Notes: generated by a model from the letters alone, not told the origin. A DNA stretch of 64,000 nucleotides from Chrysomallon squamiferum (GCA_012295275.1 CM022673.1:25234001-25298000); one strand, 5' to 3'. Shown: positions 1 through 12,803, numbered from the stretch's first letter. A program made the numbers and translations.

Positions 1-341
1 TTTAAATAAAACATTTAGACCTATCTTCTTTCACATTCTGCCTTTTGTATGAAAATAACCTCGTAGTATTGTTTAACAGCTACTGGAATTGAAGCCGTAG
101 TGTCCGAGCCTTGATTGTCTGCAGAAGTAAACGTTCAAATAATAGAAAAATTACCTATTTACGAACAACTGTTACTGGGGCATGATTTCACCTTCAAATA
201 TCAGTTGAAACAAGCCAAAAACATATTATTTAATTTAGCTAATTTTTCTTTACCAAAATTATTGGATATTCAGTTTAAAAACATTATTACGGAAATGTGC
301 GAAAATATCCGAAAACGTACGAATGAAAACGAAGAGTAAAC

Positions 342-3018
342 ATGGTTCGAAGAAAACAAAGGTATAAATATTTTAAAAGTACAGTTGATTATCAAAGAAA
401 CATTTTGGTGTGTATGTATATTTAAATGTTTGTGTTTAGTAAGAAATCAATAAAATTGCAGCAATAAAATATCGTTTACTGACGCAAAACGCCGTGGTAA
501 AAACATTCAAAATAAACTCGTGGCTGGAAACAGAACACAGTACTCTGAGTAGAGTAGTACGAAATGTTATTTAAAGAGCAACAGTCAAGGCATATTAAAA
601 AAAAAAAAATTGTTTACTATTTTTCACTCGACGCTTCGAAGGAAATAATATTCATATTGCCTTATTCGATAGTCATTTAAAATATGATCAGGCATTTTAT
701 TTATAACAGGTTCTGAATTTCCCATGTGAACAACATTGGCTCGTCTCAGCGAGCTGTTGTCCATGACGTCACACAATTCATAAATAGCACAGTTCTAATC
801 AGGAACCCACAGGAAATGATTATTTATAAACACTGACAAAAAGAACTGAGAAACAGCTTTGGAAATAAAAATAAGTTTACAAACTGCTTCAGTATTTTCT
901 CCCAGCTTTTATTCATTTCTTACCTCCCCCTATTCATATATGATGCATATTTAGAACAAAATCTGATTACTGTTGTCTGTGTTGAGGTCCAGTATTTACT
1001 GTGTACTTAGAGACTTTGGTACCATGGCTACAAGCTTTTTATGAAACTTGTATGTTATAAAAAAATATCTATAAACCCTGAATATGAATAGGTTTATCAC
1101 AAATAAATTACCACATTTACTAATAACAAAATATTAAATTAAGATTTATATATACATGTATTTGGTGGGTTGAAATTATATATCTAAATACAGACATTTC
1201 CGTATTCCTTTTCTTTTCCTTGTTTTTGCCACAGTTTTATTTTGCATTATAAATTAAATAAAAGGAATAATATGTTGGTGTTTATAACAATCCTCCTTTT
1301 ATTACAGGTATTTACTTTGTGAAGTTGTGCTTGAAAATGGAAATAGTTTGAACTGTGACAGTGCAGGGTATATGCTGAGCAAAATAATCAAGAAAACCAT
1401 TCAGCTTCTTTATGGAGATTATGGGGCAGCTGTTAGCTACAGTATTGTTGGTATGCACAGAATATCATTTCTTTTTCAAGTCTTTGCACTCCTATTGACC
1501 CTTAATATATATATATAAAAGTGCAATGCATATTTAGGGGATATTTTATCATAACTTTTCTCAGTATGTAGCTGTTTAATGTTACTGCATAATTAAAAGT
1601 AGGTGATTATATAAAACTTAAACAGTTTTGTTATGTATAGAAAATGTGTATACTGAAAGAGGAAAAGAATGTTGACATTAAAACACGAGATTAGGCATAA
1701 ATATATGTTAACAGTAATGCAATCATACAAATGCAAAAACCTAACAACTTCCATCCAGAAATTTCTGCATTTTTTTTGCAAAGTAAAAAGACCAAAACAA
1801 ACAATTGGTCTGTTTATATTTTTATGTCACATTAAATTATATGTTTCCAGTATAATAATGAGGTTGGAACAAAAATTCATGGTGTTTTGTAAGAGAAATT
1901 CAAATACAGTATTTTAATCATCTTTGAGAAGCTTCATGATTCCATCCATCTGGAACTTGTTATCTTTCTGGGCGAAGAACTGTTCTAAATACCACTTTAT
2001 TCCAACTTGATAATAATAATAATAATAATAAATATCGTAATCCCTTATAATATCATTTATCTAAATAGTCTGGTCCATTATGTTTCAGTTTAGCGCCACA
2101 TTTTAAGTGCTGTCTTTATTTCAGTTAAATACTTCAAGGCTGAAACTAACATGGTGATGGTTCGTACTGCAAGAGTTTGTCATCAGATGGTTCAGTCTGC
2201 AATGTCATTCGTCAAAGAGATTGGTGACCAAAAAGGATTTTTTCGAACATTACATATTGGAGGTAAAAATGAAAACATTATTAACAATTACTAGAAGACC
2301 TGGATTACTTTTGTAATCAAGAAAAGCAATTTCCATTCTGATTCATTGGTTATTATAATTATCATTTCAAGAAGGTTTTAATTATTTATTAATTATACAT
2401 TTTACCCAAAGATATTTAGACTGCATTCAAATTTACCAAACATCTTTTATGTACGATTAAAACAATTCTTTTCCATAAATCAGCATCATATTAATATTTG
2501 TTGTGTAACATGTTGTTTCTCATCTTTTTTTTTTTTTTTTTTCTGCAGGTACAATAAGATCTTGTCAGAAGTTTCTTATAAAATATCACAGGAAACAAAT
2601 AAGTCACACACTACAACAGTGCAAAACAGATGGTTTGTAGGAATTATTATTTACAATTTTCGTGTTTAACAGATTATATGTTGAACATTTAATTATTTAC
2701 TTCATTTCTGTGACAGTTCAAAAAAAAAAAAAAATCTTTTGAAGCAAACTTTATCAAAAAAGCTATGTTTTTAGAAAATTTAATCTTACATAATTAATGT
2801 AAAATATAATTTTTAAAAAAAATTCATGTTATTAATCCTATGTAAATAAACTCACAGATCTGTAGAAATAATTTTAAAATGATTTATGTTCATATTGATT
2901 TGTGTTTTCAGAAGAAAGAACCAAAGTGCAAGAAGCATTAATCGCAGCATGTGCAAAAATGGAAAATATTGAAAGTGAAGATTTCAGTATTGACAAAATC
3001 ATGGGTGAAAACTGTTGA
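342..3018 (+). CDS. POP5: Ribonuclease P/MRP protein subunit POP5, 5 exons, 163 aa
   Basis: Exons 342-361, 1308-1450, 2125-2262, 2549-2632, 2912-3018 (492 nt, all GT-AG, phases consistent). Translation: MVRRKQRYLLCEVV...IQLLYGDYGAAV...VKYFKAETNMVMVRTAR...FRTLHIGGTIRSCQKFLIKYHRKQ. The MVRxKxRYLL, GDYG and TLHxGGTIRxCQK motifs are typical of POP5. AATAAA at 3281. Confidence 0.93.
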
Positions 3019-3340
3019 GTAATGAATGCTGATTGAATTTCTAATGATTTGGCAGAAAGTGACTGAATAATGACTAAGAGATATACAAATTAACTTAATG
3101 GCGACTAAAAGATACACATTATTGAAATGGAAAGCTTCTGTTCAAATCAGAATGCACCCCATTAATGTATTCTAATTTACGTTAACATCATTACATTCAT
3201 TGTCATCAGAATCATCATTATAGTTCTTATTAATTATTATTATTATTATTATTATTATTATGTGGTTGAAAATTGTTCAAAATAAAGTATATGTTTGATA
3301 ATACAATACAAACAGACTAAATAATTTATAAAATATATAT

Positions 3341-5572
3341 TTAAAGCAAAAGCATGTCCTGAGTGTCAACTGTACATTTGATGAACATTACATCATTCCT
3401 GACGTAGTCCATTGTGTCTAGGAGCCCCAAGTCCACAAACTGTTGACATCCAAAGCTGGGATTTCTAGGTCCTGTTGGTCTGTTGAGAAAGGTTTTGTTT
3501 CCTTTAGAGCCTTTAGGTTTGATGGTGAATGTGGCATTTCTGCGATATTGTGGATCTGGACACTGGTCAATTAATGTGAATATCACTTTGTGGTAAAAGG
3601 GCCATTGCAGCAAGGCATCATATTCTCCTTTACAGATGCAGACAAAGACAGACATGAATTTTCCTCTGCCTGGAAAAGTGGAGAAAAAAAAAAAGAATTC
3701 AGTTATGCATTTCAGACTTTGATTTTAATGAGGAATCAAAATTTGTTCAAAAACTTAGCTGTGTTAAAATCAGATGTTAGTTGGTTACTGCAGAATTTAT
3801 TTTGCATAGTAGATTCAAAATATTAATCATGTTTAAAGCATTTTCACTTTTTAATGTTCTGTTAATTAATTTTATCTTTTATTTCTGCTTTAACAAATTT
3901 GCATGAAATAAAAATAATGGCAAAAAGTGTACTTAATTTAACTACTCTCTCTCCATGTCTCAGTGTCTCAGTTAAAATTTTAACATGCACTAAAATATTA
4001 AAAAGAACTATTATTTATTTAGCTATTAGAGTACACAGTTAAGAAAACTTGAAAATAAAGCTTGACTGTCATTTATTTTTAATCACATAATTGCAAACCT
4101 TTTCCATCTCCATATGGACATAGGGAGAGAATCAGTTTGTAGCCATGCTGTGATGTCAGAAATGTAGGACTGAATATTGTAACCTCATTTCCACATTTAG
4201 CTGCATCAAGTTTATCCTAAAAATAGCTCGACTTTAATCATAATAATAATAAATCAAGTTTATTAAATATTCATTGTTGCAGTTCAGTGATATCCCCAAA
4301 ATAATGAGGAAAAAATGTTTTCTTAAATAATGTTTCCATACACCATTAATGGTTTCAATATGTTGTTTAATTTTAGCAAAAATTAAAAAAAAGGATCTGT
4401 CTCTAATTAAGTGAACCTTTGGTGATACGAAGAGATAGTTGAAATATATTTGTTTTTCATTTCCAAATGAGGTTTTGTTTGTTTTCTACAACCCAGTTTT
4501 AATTAATAATGAAGAGTAAATAATAAAAGATTACAGTTTTACTGAAGTTGCGCACTTACAGGATATATTTACAGTAAAATTTCTAGCGCAAAAAAAAAAA
4601 AAAAAAAAATTCGTTTACGTCCGCCATATATACTATAACGCCACTGCTCTAGTTCTGATGGAATAAAATGGCGTCTTTAAGGTGTTTTGCAGCTTTTATT
4701 TTATCGCCTTACTGTTAGGATAGGTCGCCCAAAACAGTGAGGTAATAAACTGAAAATATAACAGATTTTATTAGACCATTTAAAGGCATCATTCCACCCA
4801 TAAAGAAAGTAAAAATTACATTAAACTATACATCTGGCAGTTTGTACGAATAAAAAGCTTAATAAAACTATTTATGCTTCCAAGTTATTTTATTATCTAG
4901 GACAGTATATAATCGATTCTATCAAAGTATGACAAAACTGTGGATAATGAGGTATCTGGCTGACTAATAGTGTAACATGTCACAATTATAGAAAAACGAT
5001 CTTTATACTTCGTTTTTTATTAAGATTGGATGGCAAAATAATAATAAAATAACTATTTATTTGAACTATTTTATCGCACACATTTAATAGTTTTTAAGTT
5101 TTAAATATTTATTGTTCCTTTGTTGTTTTCTCTCATTGATACTAATTCTAGATATCACAATATGTGTGTTTGTGTGTGTGAGCGGTTTTTTTTTTTTTTT
5201 TTTTTCGTTTTATTCCCAGTTACATTATTAGTAGTATAAAAGTACAACAATAAATGAATATCTGCTTTTGATTGCCCTTTCAGTTTATTCAGATAGCTAC
5301 TTAGCAATACTTCTATATTACTGTGGTACCTGGAACCACTGAATTTTCCAAACAATCGGATTGCCGTACAGTTTTTCCAGATTATCTACTCGTCTGCGAA
5401 GATTTGTGATCTGTAATTTGGTCGTAGTCAGAAGATTCGTGTGACGGTTCAGCTCTTTGGTGTTGGATACCACAGCGTCACAAGCCATTGCCAGATGTAC
5501 CAGTGGGTTGGAGTTAATATGTTTACTCATGTGTTTCTTCAGACACTGTACATCAAAAAAAAAAAAAAAAAA

Positions 5573-5605
<33 letters not shown>

Positions 5606-5739
5606 TAGCATAATTTGATAATGCTGGGGTTTTTTTTGTGAAGTTAATTTTATTTATTAAGAGCTTATTTTATTTGATTTAATTATTTGTCTGTTTACTT
5701 TACAATACTTTACTTCATTTTATTATTTTTATTTTTATT

Positions 5740-5776
<37 letters not shown>

Positions 5777-6117
5777 AATTTGTTGTTGTTTCGTTACTGA
5801 CATTAGTAGTAGTTTTACTACTAATTTGTTTCTCTTCTTTTTTTTTTTTTTTTTTTTTTTTGATTTAATTTTGATTTATTTTCTTTCTTTCTTTTTTACA
5901 TTTATTAATATTATTATTCTGTTATCATTATATTAAAATATAACACACACACACACACTGAATTAAATGCATGCGTGAGTGCGTGTTATTTTATATAAAC
6001 TATGTACCCTGTATTTGCAGCCAGCGGCAGAGAAGGGACATGCAATGTCTTCACTTGAGCTGTCATCAAGTTTGTGGTCATCAGTCTGAAACATGTTTTC
6101 AAAAACGTTTTTGTTGA

Positions 6118-6160
<43 letters not shown>

Positions 6161-6334
6161 AACACACACATATACATATAAATAAATATATATATATTTA
6201 AAATGATATAGGCAGAAGTTAAAAAAAATATTTAAAAAAAATTATTATTACATTAATAATAGACATAAATTATTATTATTTTTTTTAGATACATTTTTAA
6301 TATTTAAATATAATAATCTTGTTGTTATGCTTTA

Positions 6335-6365
<31 letters not shown>

Positions 6366-6383
6366 GTTATTATTATTATTTAA

Positions 6384-6416
<33 letters not shown>

Positions 6417-6594
6417 TAAATTATTTAATATTATTTTTCATTATTTTTAAAAACAAATGTGTTGTTGTTGTTATTATTTTAGTATTTACTTCTTTGTTGG
6501 TGCACAAATTACACAGTTCAGTATCTTTGCTTAGTGTTTCACTGTCGTAATTAGTGTTCATTTGTGCATCCATATTGACTGAATCTTGACTCAT
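3341..6594 (-). CDS. TNF receptor-associated factor (TRAF4-like): degenerate Zn finger, coiled coil and MATH domain, no RING; ~281 aa
   Basis: Exons 6594-6490, 6085-6008, 5545-5330, 4216-4099, 3669-3341 (846 nt, GT-AG, phases consistent). MATH motifs: IVWKI, IFSPTFLTSQHGYKL, YGDGKGRGKFMSVF, GEYDALLQWPF, FTLIDQ, SFGCQQFV, YVRNDVMFIKCTVD. Zn-finger remnant CPFSAAGC...MSKH. The start codon is the least certain part; a probable 5'UTR exon has its donor at 7237-7238. Confidence 0.88.
6338..6414. repeat. (TAT)n microsatellite, interrupted
   Basis: Read directly; similar tracts at about 3229-3260, 6910-6960, 11981-12019 and 45871-45905. Confidence 0.9.
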
Positions 6595-6702
6595 CCACTG
6601 AAACGAGAAAACTCGAAAGTCATATGGAATTAAATAATTATTCAGCAGCCACATCTAATGAAAACAAATAAACAGATACAAAGTATTCGGTCTGATTTGT
6701 TG

Positions 6703-6733
<31 letters not shown>

Positions 6734-6903
6734 CATTTTTTTTTAAAGGTTTATTTCTAGGTACGCATTATGCAAAAACATTACACCAGTTATAATAATG
6801 ATAGATTCAAGAAGTATGCGCAGTTAAATAAAATAATAAATGTTTTGTTTTGTTGTTGTTCTTTTTCTGAATATACTTCTTTTATAACATTTAATTATTT
6901 ATT

Positions 6904-6960
<57 letters not shown>

Positions 6961-7537
6961 TTATGCTTTTCTTGATATAAATATCATTAAATAAGTAAAA
7001 CCTCATTTAAAATGCATTACATTTGTATAAATAAATATAATGTAACACAGGCATAGCAGTATTTGTACTTTATCTGCATTAATTGTAATTTTGTATTAAT
7101 ATAAATACGTTTCGCTTTTCAAAATATTTAATATACAGTGTTACATTTTGCTAATATGTTGATAAATGAAAACATTTAAATACAAAATATATATATATAT
7201 ATATATATATATCTACATTAAAAAGTATGTTTTGTTACCTTATTTTCAAACTCAGTGCAGGTTTAACAACGTTTTTCAATAGGTTTTTATTCTTCACATT
7301 ATTAATATTACTAATCAGAGAATAAACAAAATGCGTGATTCGACTTGCATTTATTGACGATTTCTATTGATGATAATTATTGATTATGCAGAGTGCTATA
7401 TGATACTCATTTTACACTGATACAATTAGTTGTCTTTGTTGCCAGAAAGGTGACCGTTTCACATACAACAAAAGACAATTGTTTGACAGATGTTGTTTAA
7501 ATGTCCGCAGGTTGTTTTAAATGAAGGTCGTTGCAAG

Positions 7538-7574
<37 letters not shown>

Positions 7575-7598
7575 TATTATTATTATTATTATTATTAT
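7538..7598. repeat. Compound (TCA)n(TTA)n microsatellite
   Basis: Read directly. Confidence 0.9.
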
Positions 7599-7750
7599 TT
7601 GCAGTTTCTATTTCTATTTTTATGTTACATATGTTTGACAACATTTAACAGTGTTTAACTGTTTAACGATATAATTTGATTTCAAACAATAATGAAAGAT
7701 CTGAATAATCTGCGTTTAGTTCATTAATTGGTCGTTAAATCTAGGACTAC

Positions 7751-8200
7751 CAGTGACGTAGCTAATAGGGGAGAAATAGGAGCAATCACTCCCCCCCCCG
7801 AGCACATTTTTAAAAATTGGCGCTTTTGCAATAGTATATATATATATATTTTTTTTTTTTAAATCGTATTGCCCTGGAATAACTCTCTTGAATCGTTACT
7901 TTATTTGACCAGCCTCCCGTGTTTTTGAACTGTCTGCTCAATCTCTTGTGATGTGTTTCCCAGGTAAAAGATCTGAGCATTTTAAAAATGTTGACTTCCA
8001 AATTTAGGGTTTTAGATCCAAAATATTCAGATAGCGCAGACGATGTGAACAAATTAGAATTTTTAATGTCGTATGCATCACAAAAAGATGTTCATCTCCC
8101 TCACCCACATTTCTCAATTTTGATTCGTAATTTTCAACTTAATGAACATCGCCGTTACGCAAAAAGGATTAATTCTCGTTCTTTTTGAATGTTAAATAAA
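7751..8200. mobile_element. Possible degenerate non-autonomous DNA transposon (hAT/MITE-like) remnant
   Basis: Starts CAGTGACGTAGC followed by G-rich then C-rich runs (ggggaga...tccccccccc), resembling CAGTGGCGTAGC-type termini. A weak complementary terminus (gctacgccagta, 9/12) lies at 9242-9253. No TSD or transposase seen, so the right boundary is a guess. Confidence 0.3.
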
Positions 8201-9479
8201 TTTTCAAACTTCTTTTGGAGAAAATCTGACGCGTATAAATATAAATAAATAAATAAATAAATAATCTGCCGTTATTCCGTTGCATTCGTTCTTTGTGTCT
8301 GTAGATTTATATGTTGGAATAAATAGATTGCATATCATATAGAAAGTTTAAAATTAATTCATATGGATGGTGTAGACTAAAATTTCGCATCTTTTTTTTT
8401 TTGCAGAAGAAATAGTTTTTAACTTGAGCTATGCCATGAATATATGATGTCACAGGCAGTCTTATTGAAAAAACTGTTAATAAGATAAACGTTAATTGAT
8501 AAATAGTAATATTTATATCAGTAGTACTTTTATGTCTTGACCAAAATCATAGATGTTGGAATGAAACAATTTGAACTGTGCATTAACCATGCCTTGAATC
8601 AGAACTCCGTTTATCAAAACAGATTATCATTATTATAATATATTTTTGTTCTATGTTTTGTTTGTATACTTATAACTGTGACACCAAGGGCTATGCAAAA
8701 CTATTAACAGCTCCGGACAGTATTTTGTTCGATTCGGTGTCATGCTAAAATGCAGTAGGCCTATATTAAAATGATCGATACTGAATGATTTTACAAATAC
8801 ATTTTTAGTATAAAACTTTTGCATGGACGAAATACATATCGTATGCATTATAGTTTACATAATATCTATTACATCTGCATTAAATTATTCAGTTTCAAGC
8901 CAAATTACAAGAAATACAAGAATTAGAAGTTATATAAAACTGTTGATATAATTATTGTCTTTTAATTTCAATGTTTTACAATTTTATATTGTGACAACGT
9001 ATATGTATGTTGCCATTCATATTTTGTGAAATTAGAGTAAAGGATGTAACCGTACTTTTAAGGTTAGTTAACCGGTAATATATAAATTGAAATCGTTGAT
9101 AATTATTTTCACATAGTATTGTACGTTTGTTTTTAATGACTAATATTTATTTCTTCTTCAGTTTCCGAATATCAATTTGGTGAATGGAAATAAGAAAACA
9201 ACTCCAGAGACGGCATACCAAGACAACGGTTCGTCTCCAATGCTACGCCAGTATTGACGCTTATTTGAGGTCATATTTGCTTTGCGTATTCATACGCATT
9301 TAAAAACATTCTGCTCAAGATGGAGGAGTAAAGAAATTAGTTCATAATTTATTGCATAGCTAAGTACAATCTTCTAAATAATTAAATCTTCTAAATATAT
9401 TTAATTATGACTTATAATGTTCACATTTCAAGTTAAAAGTAAATAAATACAGAACTATTTTAGGAATACTAGACAATTT

Positions 9480-9544
9480 GTGGACGGCCATTTTATACAG
9501 TCATTCCAAAACGGAAGGCAAAGATTGGCTCAAAAAAATTCCAG
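9480..9544 (+). promoter_or_regulatory. Candidate promoter / first non-coding exon of KMT5B
   Basis: Clustered GGCCATTTT (YY1-like), CGGAAG (ETS-like) and GATTGG (reverse CCAAT), followed by the donor CAG|GTAAAC at 9545, about 630 nt upstream of the next exon. Confidence 0.4.
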
Positions 9545-10189
9545 GTAAACCATTCGGTGTAAACATAATGTAAGAACTGCATTATATCTGATAAAACAAC
9601 TTCAGTGCTATGATATATAAAAATGTTGTTCATAACAAATGCATATTTGGTACACACTGACTCTCCGATTTCCGTATAGTCTGATCCACTAATGGCAATA
9701 TTCCAGCTTTATAGTATCAACACTTTTAGCCTGTTAGTATCAGAACGATATTTAATATTGAAGCAGTAATATATTTATATTTTTTTAAATTTTAATGTGG
9801 TGTATTTTTAAATTTATTTAAGTAATTGCATTTACATAAAATTTAATGTACTACACATTTACTGAAAAACGGTATCATTCCGCACTTTTTGTGTTTGACA
9901 CTGCGATTGTAAGGTCAAAGGTTAATATACATTTTGGAGGATGTGAATGGTATTTTTTTAATTTTTAATTTTTATTTTAGTATTTATTTATTTATTCGAT
10001 ATCTGTTTGTGGTAGTTTTTAAAGTTTTTTATTATATTCCACAATATTCAGTAAATATCCGAAATGACTTAAAATATAAGTGATCAGATTAGTTCATTAT
10101 TAAATTAATCTGGAGACAAGTGAAATGTCAAAATCACGTTTGATGACACGAGTTTGTTTACACTTTTACAGATAACAAAAACAATGTAA

Positions 10190-11979
10190 ATGAAATACAG
10201 GTAAAGTATTTTCAGTATTGTTCAGTTATACACCATCTTGATTGTATTCAATAATGGAAATACTGATTAGATGTATATGTACCGATATGTTATTATTTAA
10301 AAATTTGTTTTCAGAATGACTTCGACATACGGGGGAGGCCGGGTACCCTCAACTGGCATGAATGCTGTTGAGTTGTGTGATAATGATGATTTAGCCACAA
10401 GTTTAGTTCTTGACCCCTATCTGGGCTTCCTTACACACAAGATGAATGTTCGGTTAGTTAATTTTTTTTTTTTTTTTTTAATTAATTAATAAAAATAATC
10501 ATTAAAAGGAATTATACTGATCTTCAGAGATATTCTAAAAATTCACAAGAATAAACAAATAACTAGAAAAAAAAAAAAAAAAATGTATAAACAATATAAT
10601 GTAATATTAATAAATACCACTGTATTAAGGTATTGATACTTTTTAAAACATCTTGACTTGAAATATTCAAAACATTTTATTACAATGTGCTTGGTTTTCA
10701 TTTTCAGACACCGTCCATTAAAGGGAAAGATAACACTGAAGGGCATTATTGAAAAGTTCAAGGAACATGGTTGCTATGACAAAGCGTATAAGGCTTTTTG
10801 CAGTGTCGATGCCACTCGTAATTTCTTGTCATCTCGAACTAAACTGCAACATGATGTTTTCAGACAACATGTACGTGAAAACATTAAATTTGATACTTGT
10901 ATACTTAATTATATATGTATATAACATTGTCATCATCATAAAAAAGACAAGTAGTCACTGAAATATACAAATATATAAATATTCAAATCTCAGTTCTTGA
11001 ATATTAATCATTGAACACCACAAGATCATTGTCCCTGCTTTTCAGTATGAGATATCTGTCAAACTAAAAAGAAACCAAATATATAGGTATGTTGTTAAAA
11101 GTAAATGTTATCATTTCAGATTTTCCGTTATCTGGCAATGTTTGACAAACAGGCAGGATTTGAACTAGTTCCCTGTCATAGATACTCGATGGAAGGGAAA
11201 ATGGGAGGGATGATTTGTTCAACAAAAAAGTGGTTTGTTATCACTTTGATACGACATATTTCTGAGATATTTTTAACCTGCAAATTTTGTAATGTAGAAA
11301 GAATATATCTCTCACCATAAAGTTTTTTTTTAACATATTTGGATATTTAATTTTAATATTTATTTTATTCACTGATTTCTACAGTGGCAGAACACAGATT
11401 TGTAATAAAACCAATGTATACCACATGCACAGTGATTGTCCTGGATTTTTTTCCCCAGTTTTAACAAATTTCCTTTAAACACGTTTGCAAATCAAATAGA
11501 TAATATTTTAGTTTTAAAATATTCTTAAAATGTATAAAATAAAAATAAGTTCAAAAAGTTAAAACAGAATGTGTTTTATGAAAAAATACATTTAGGTTAT
11601 AAAACAACAAACTTGTCCTTTTGATGATATAATTTAATCGTTTTGAAACTCATTAAATTATTTTCAACTCCAGGCAAAAGAATGAAAAAATACAGAAACT
11701 AGTTGGTTGTATTGCTGAACTGACAGAAGAAGAGGAGAGAACTCTGCTGAAACCGGGTGTTAATGATTTCAGTGTTATGTTTTCATGTCGTAAAAACTGT
11801 GCTCAGTTATGGCTAGGTCCAGCTTCCTTTATTAATCACGACTGTCGTGCAAACTGCAAGGTATGGAGAACCCAACTGTAATACAGATTTATTTGAAATT
11901 TGAAAAACTTGTCTGGTCTCTCTTTAACTTCATTTCTTATGATTCAGTCTATATCTTCATTTCATTATTATCATTTTTC

Positions 11980-12019
<40 letters not shown>

Positions 12020-12803
12020 GTCTGTAATAATAAAAAGATAACATCAATAAAAAATAAGCATATTTTGTTACCACAAAAATTGCAGACCAAAAGAGATCTG
12101 AGAAAAGAATTTCGATTTAAAAAAACAAATTTTAGAATAAAATATAGGAAAGGGATGTTGATATGGATGAAATACATATTCCAGTTAAACTAAGTTTTCT
12201 GTTACAGTTTGTTCCTACTGGTCGAGATACAGCTTGTGTCAAAGTTCTGCGAGACATTGAACCTGGAGAAGAGATAACTTGTTTCTATGGAGAAGATTTC
12301 TTTGGTGATGACAACTGTCTGTGTGAATGTCAGACTTGTGAACGGTAGATATAGATATATGAATATTTAAAAAATATACTTAAGTAATTTGCTGATGAAA
12401 CATTGTTAAAAAAAATAAAATAAAATATAAGATAGGTATATAAGTGATTCCTGACATTCAAAACAGAAATTTTAATCAAATGATACCATTACGTGTAGAA
12501 ATGTCTTGAGTTTAAAACGGAATATTTTGTAATATTCATTTTTGCGTGGATTTAGATTTTTATTGTTTTTATTTCCCCAGTCGACAGGCTGGAGCATTCA
12601 AGCCAAAAGATGCACCCCAAAACTCTCTGAGTGAAGATGACAGAGGCTACAAGTTGCGTGACACAGATGATCGACTGAGTAGATTGAAAACACAACCAGA
12701 TATAAAACAGCCGAATATAAATGGTGTCATCCCTGCTTCAAGTGGTTGGTTATTTATCAGACTTAAAAGTGATTTTTCATTCATTACTGTTATTAGGAAA
12801 TTG

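Noticed and set aside
815-850. C/D-box-like motifs in POP5 intron 1
   Set aside because: Imperfect C box, too short, and no terminal stem.
3013-3110. POP5 ending TGT TGA (Cys-UGA) as a possible selenocysteine
   Set aside because: No credible SECIS stem downstream, and the protein already has the normal POP5 length at this stop.
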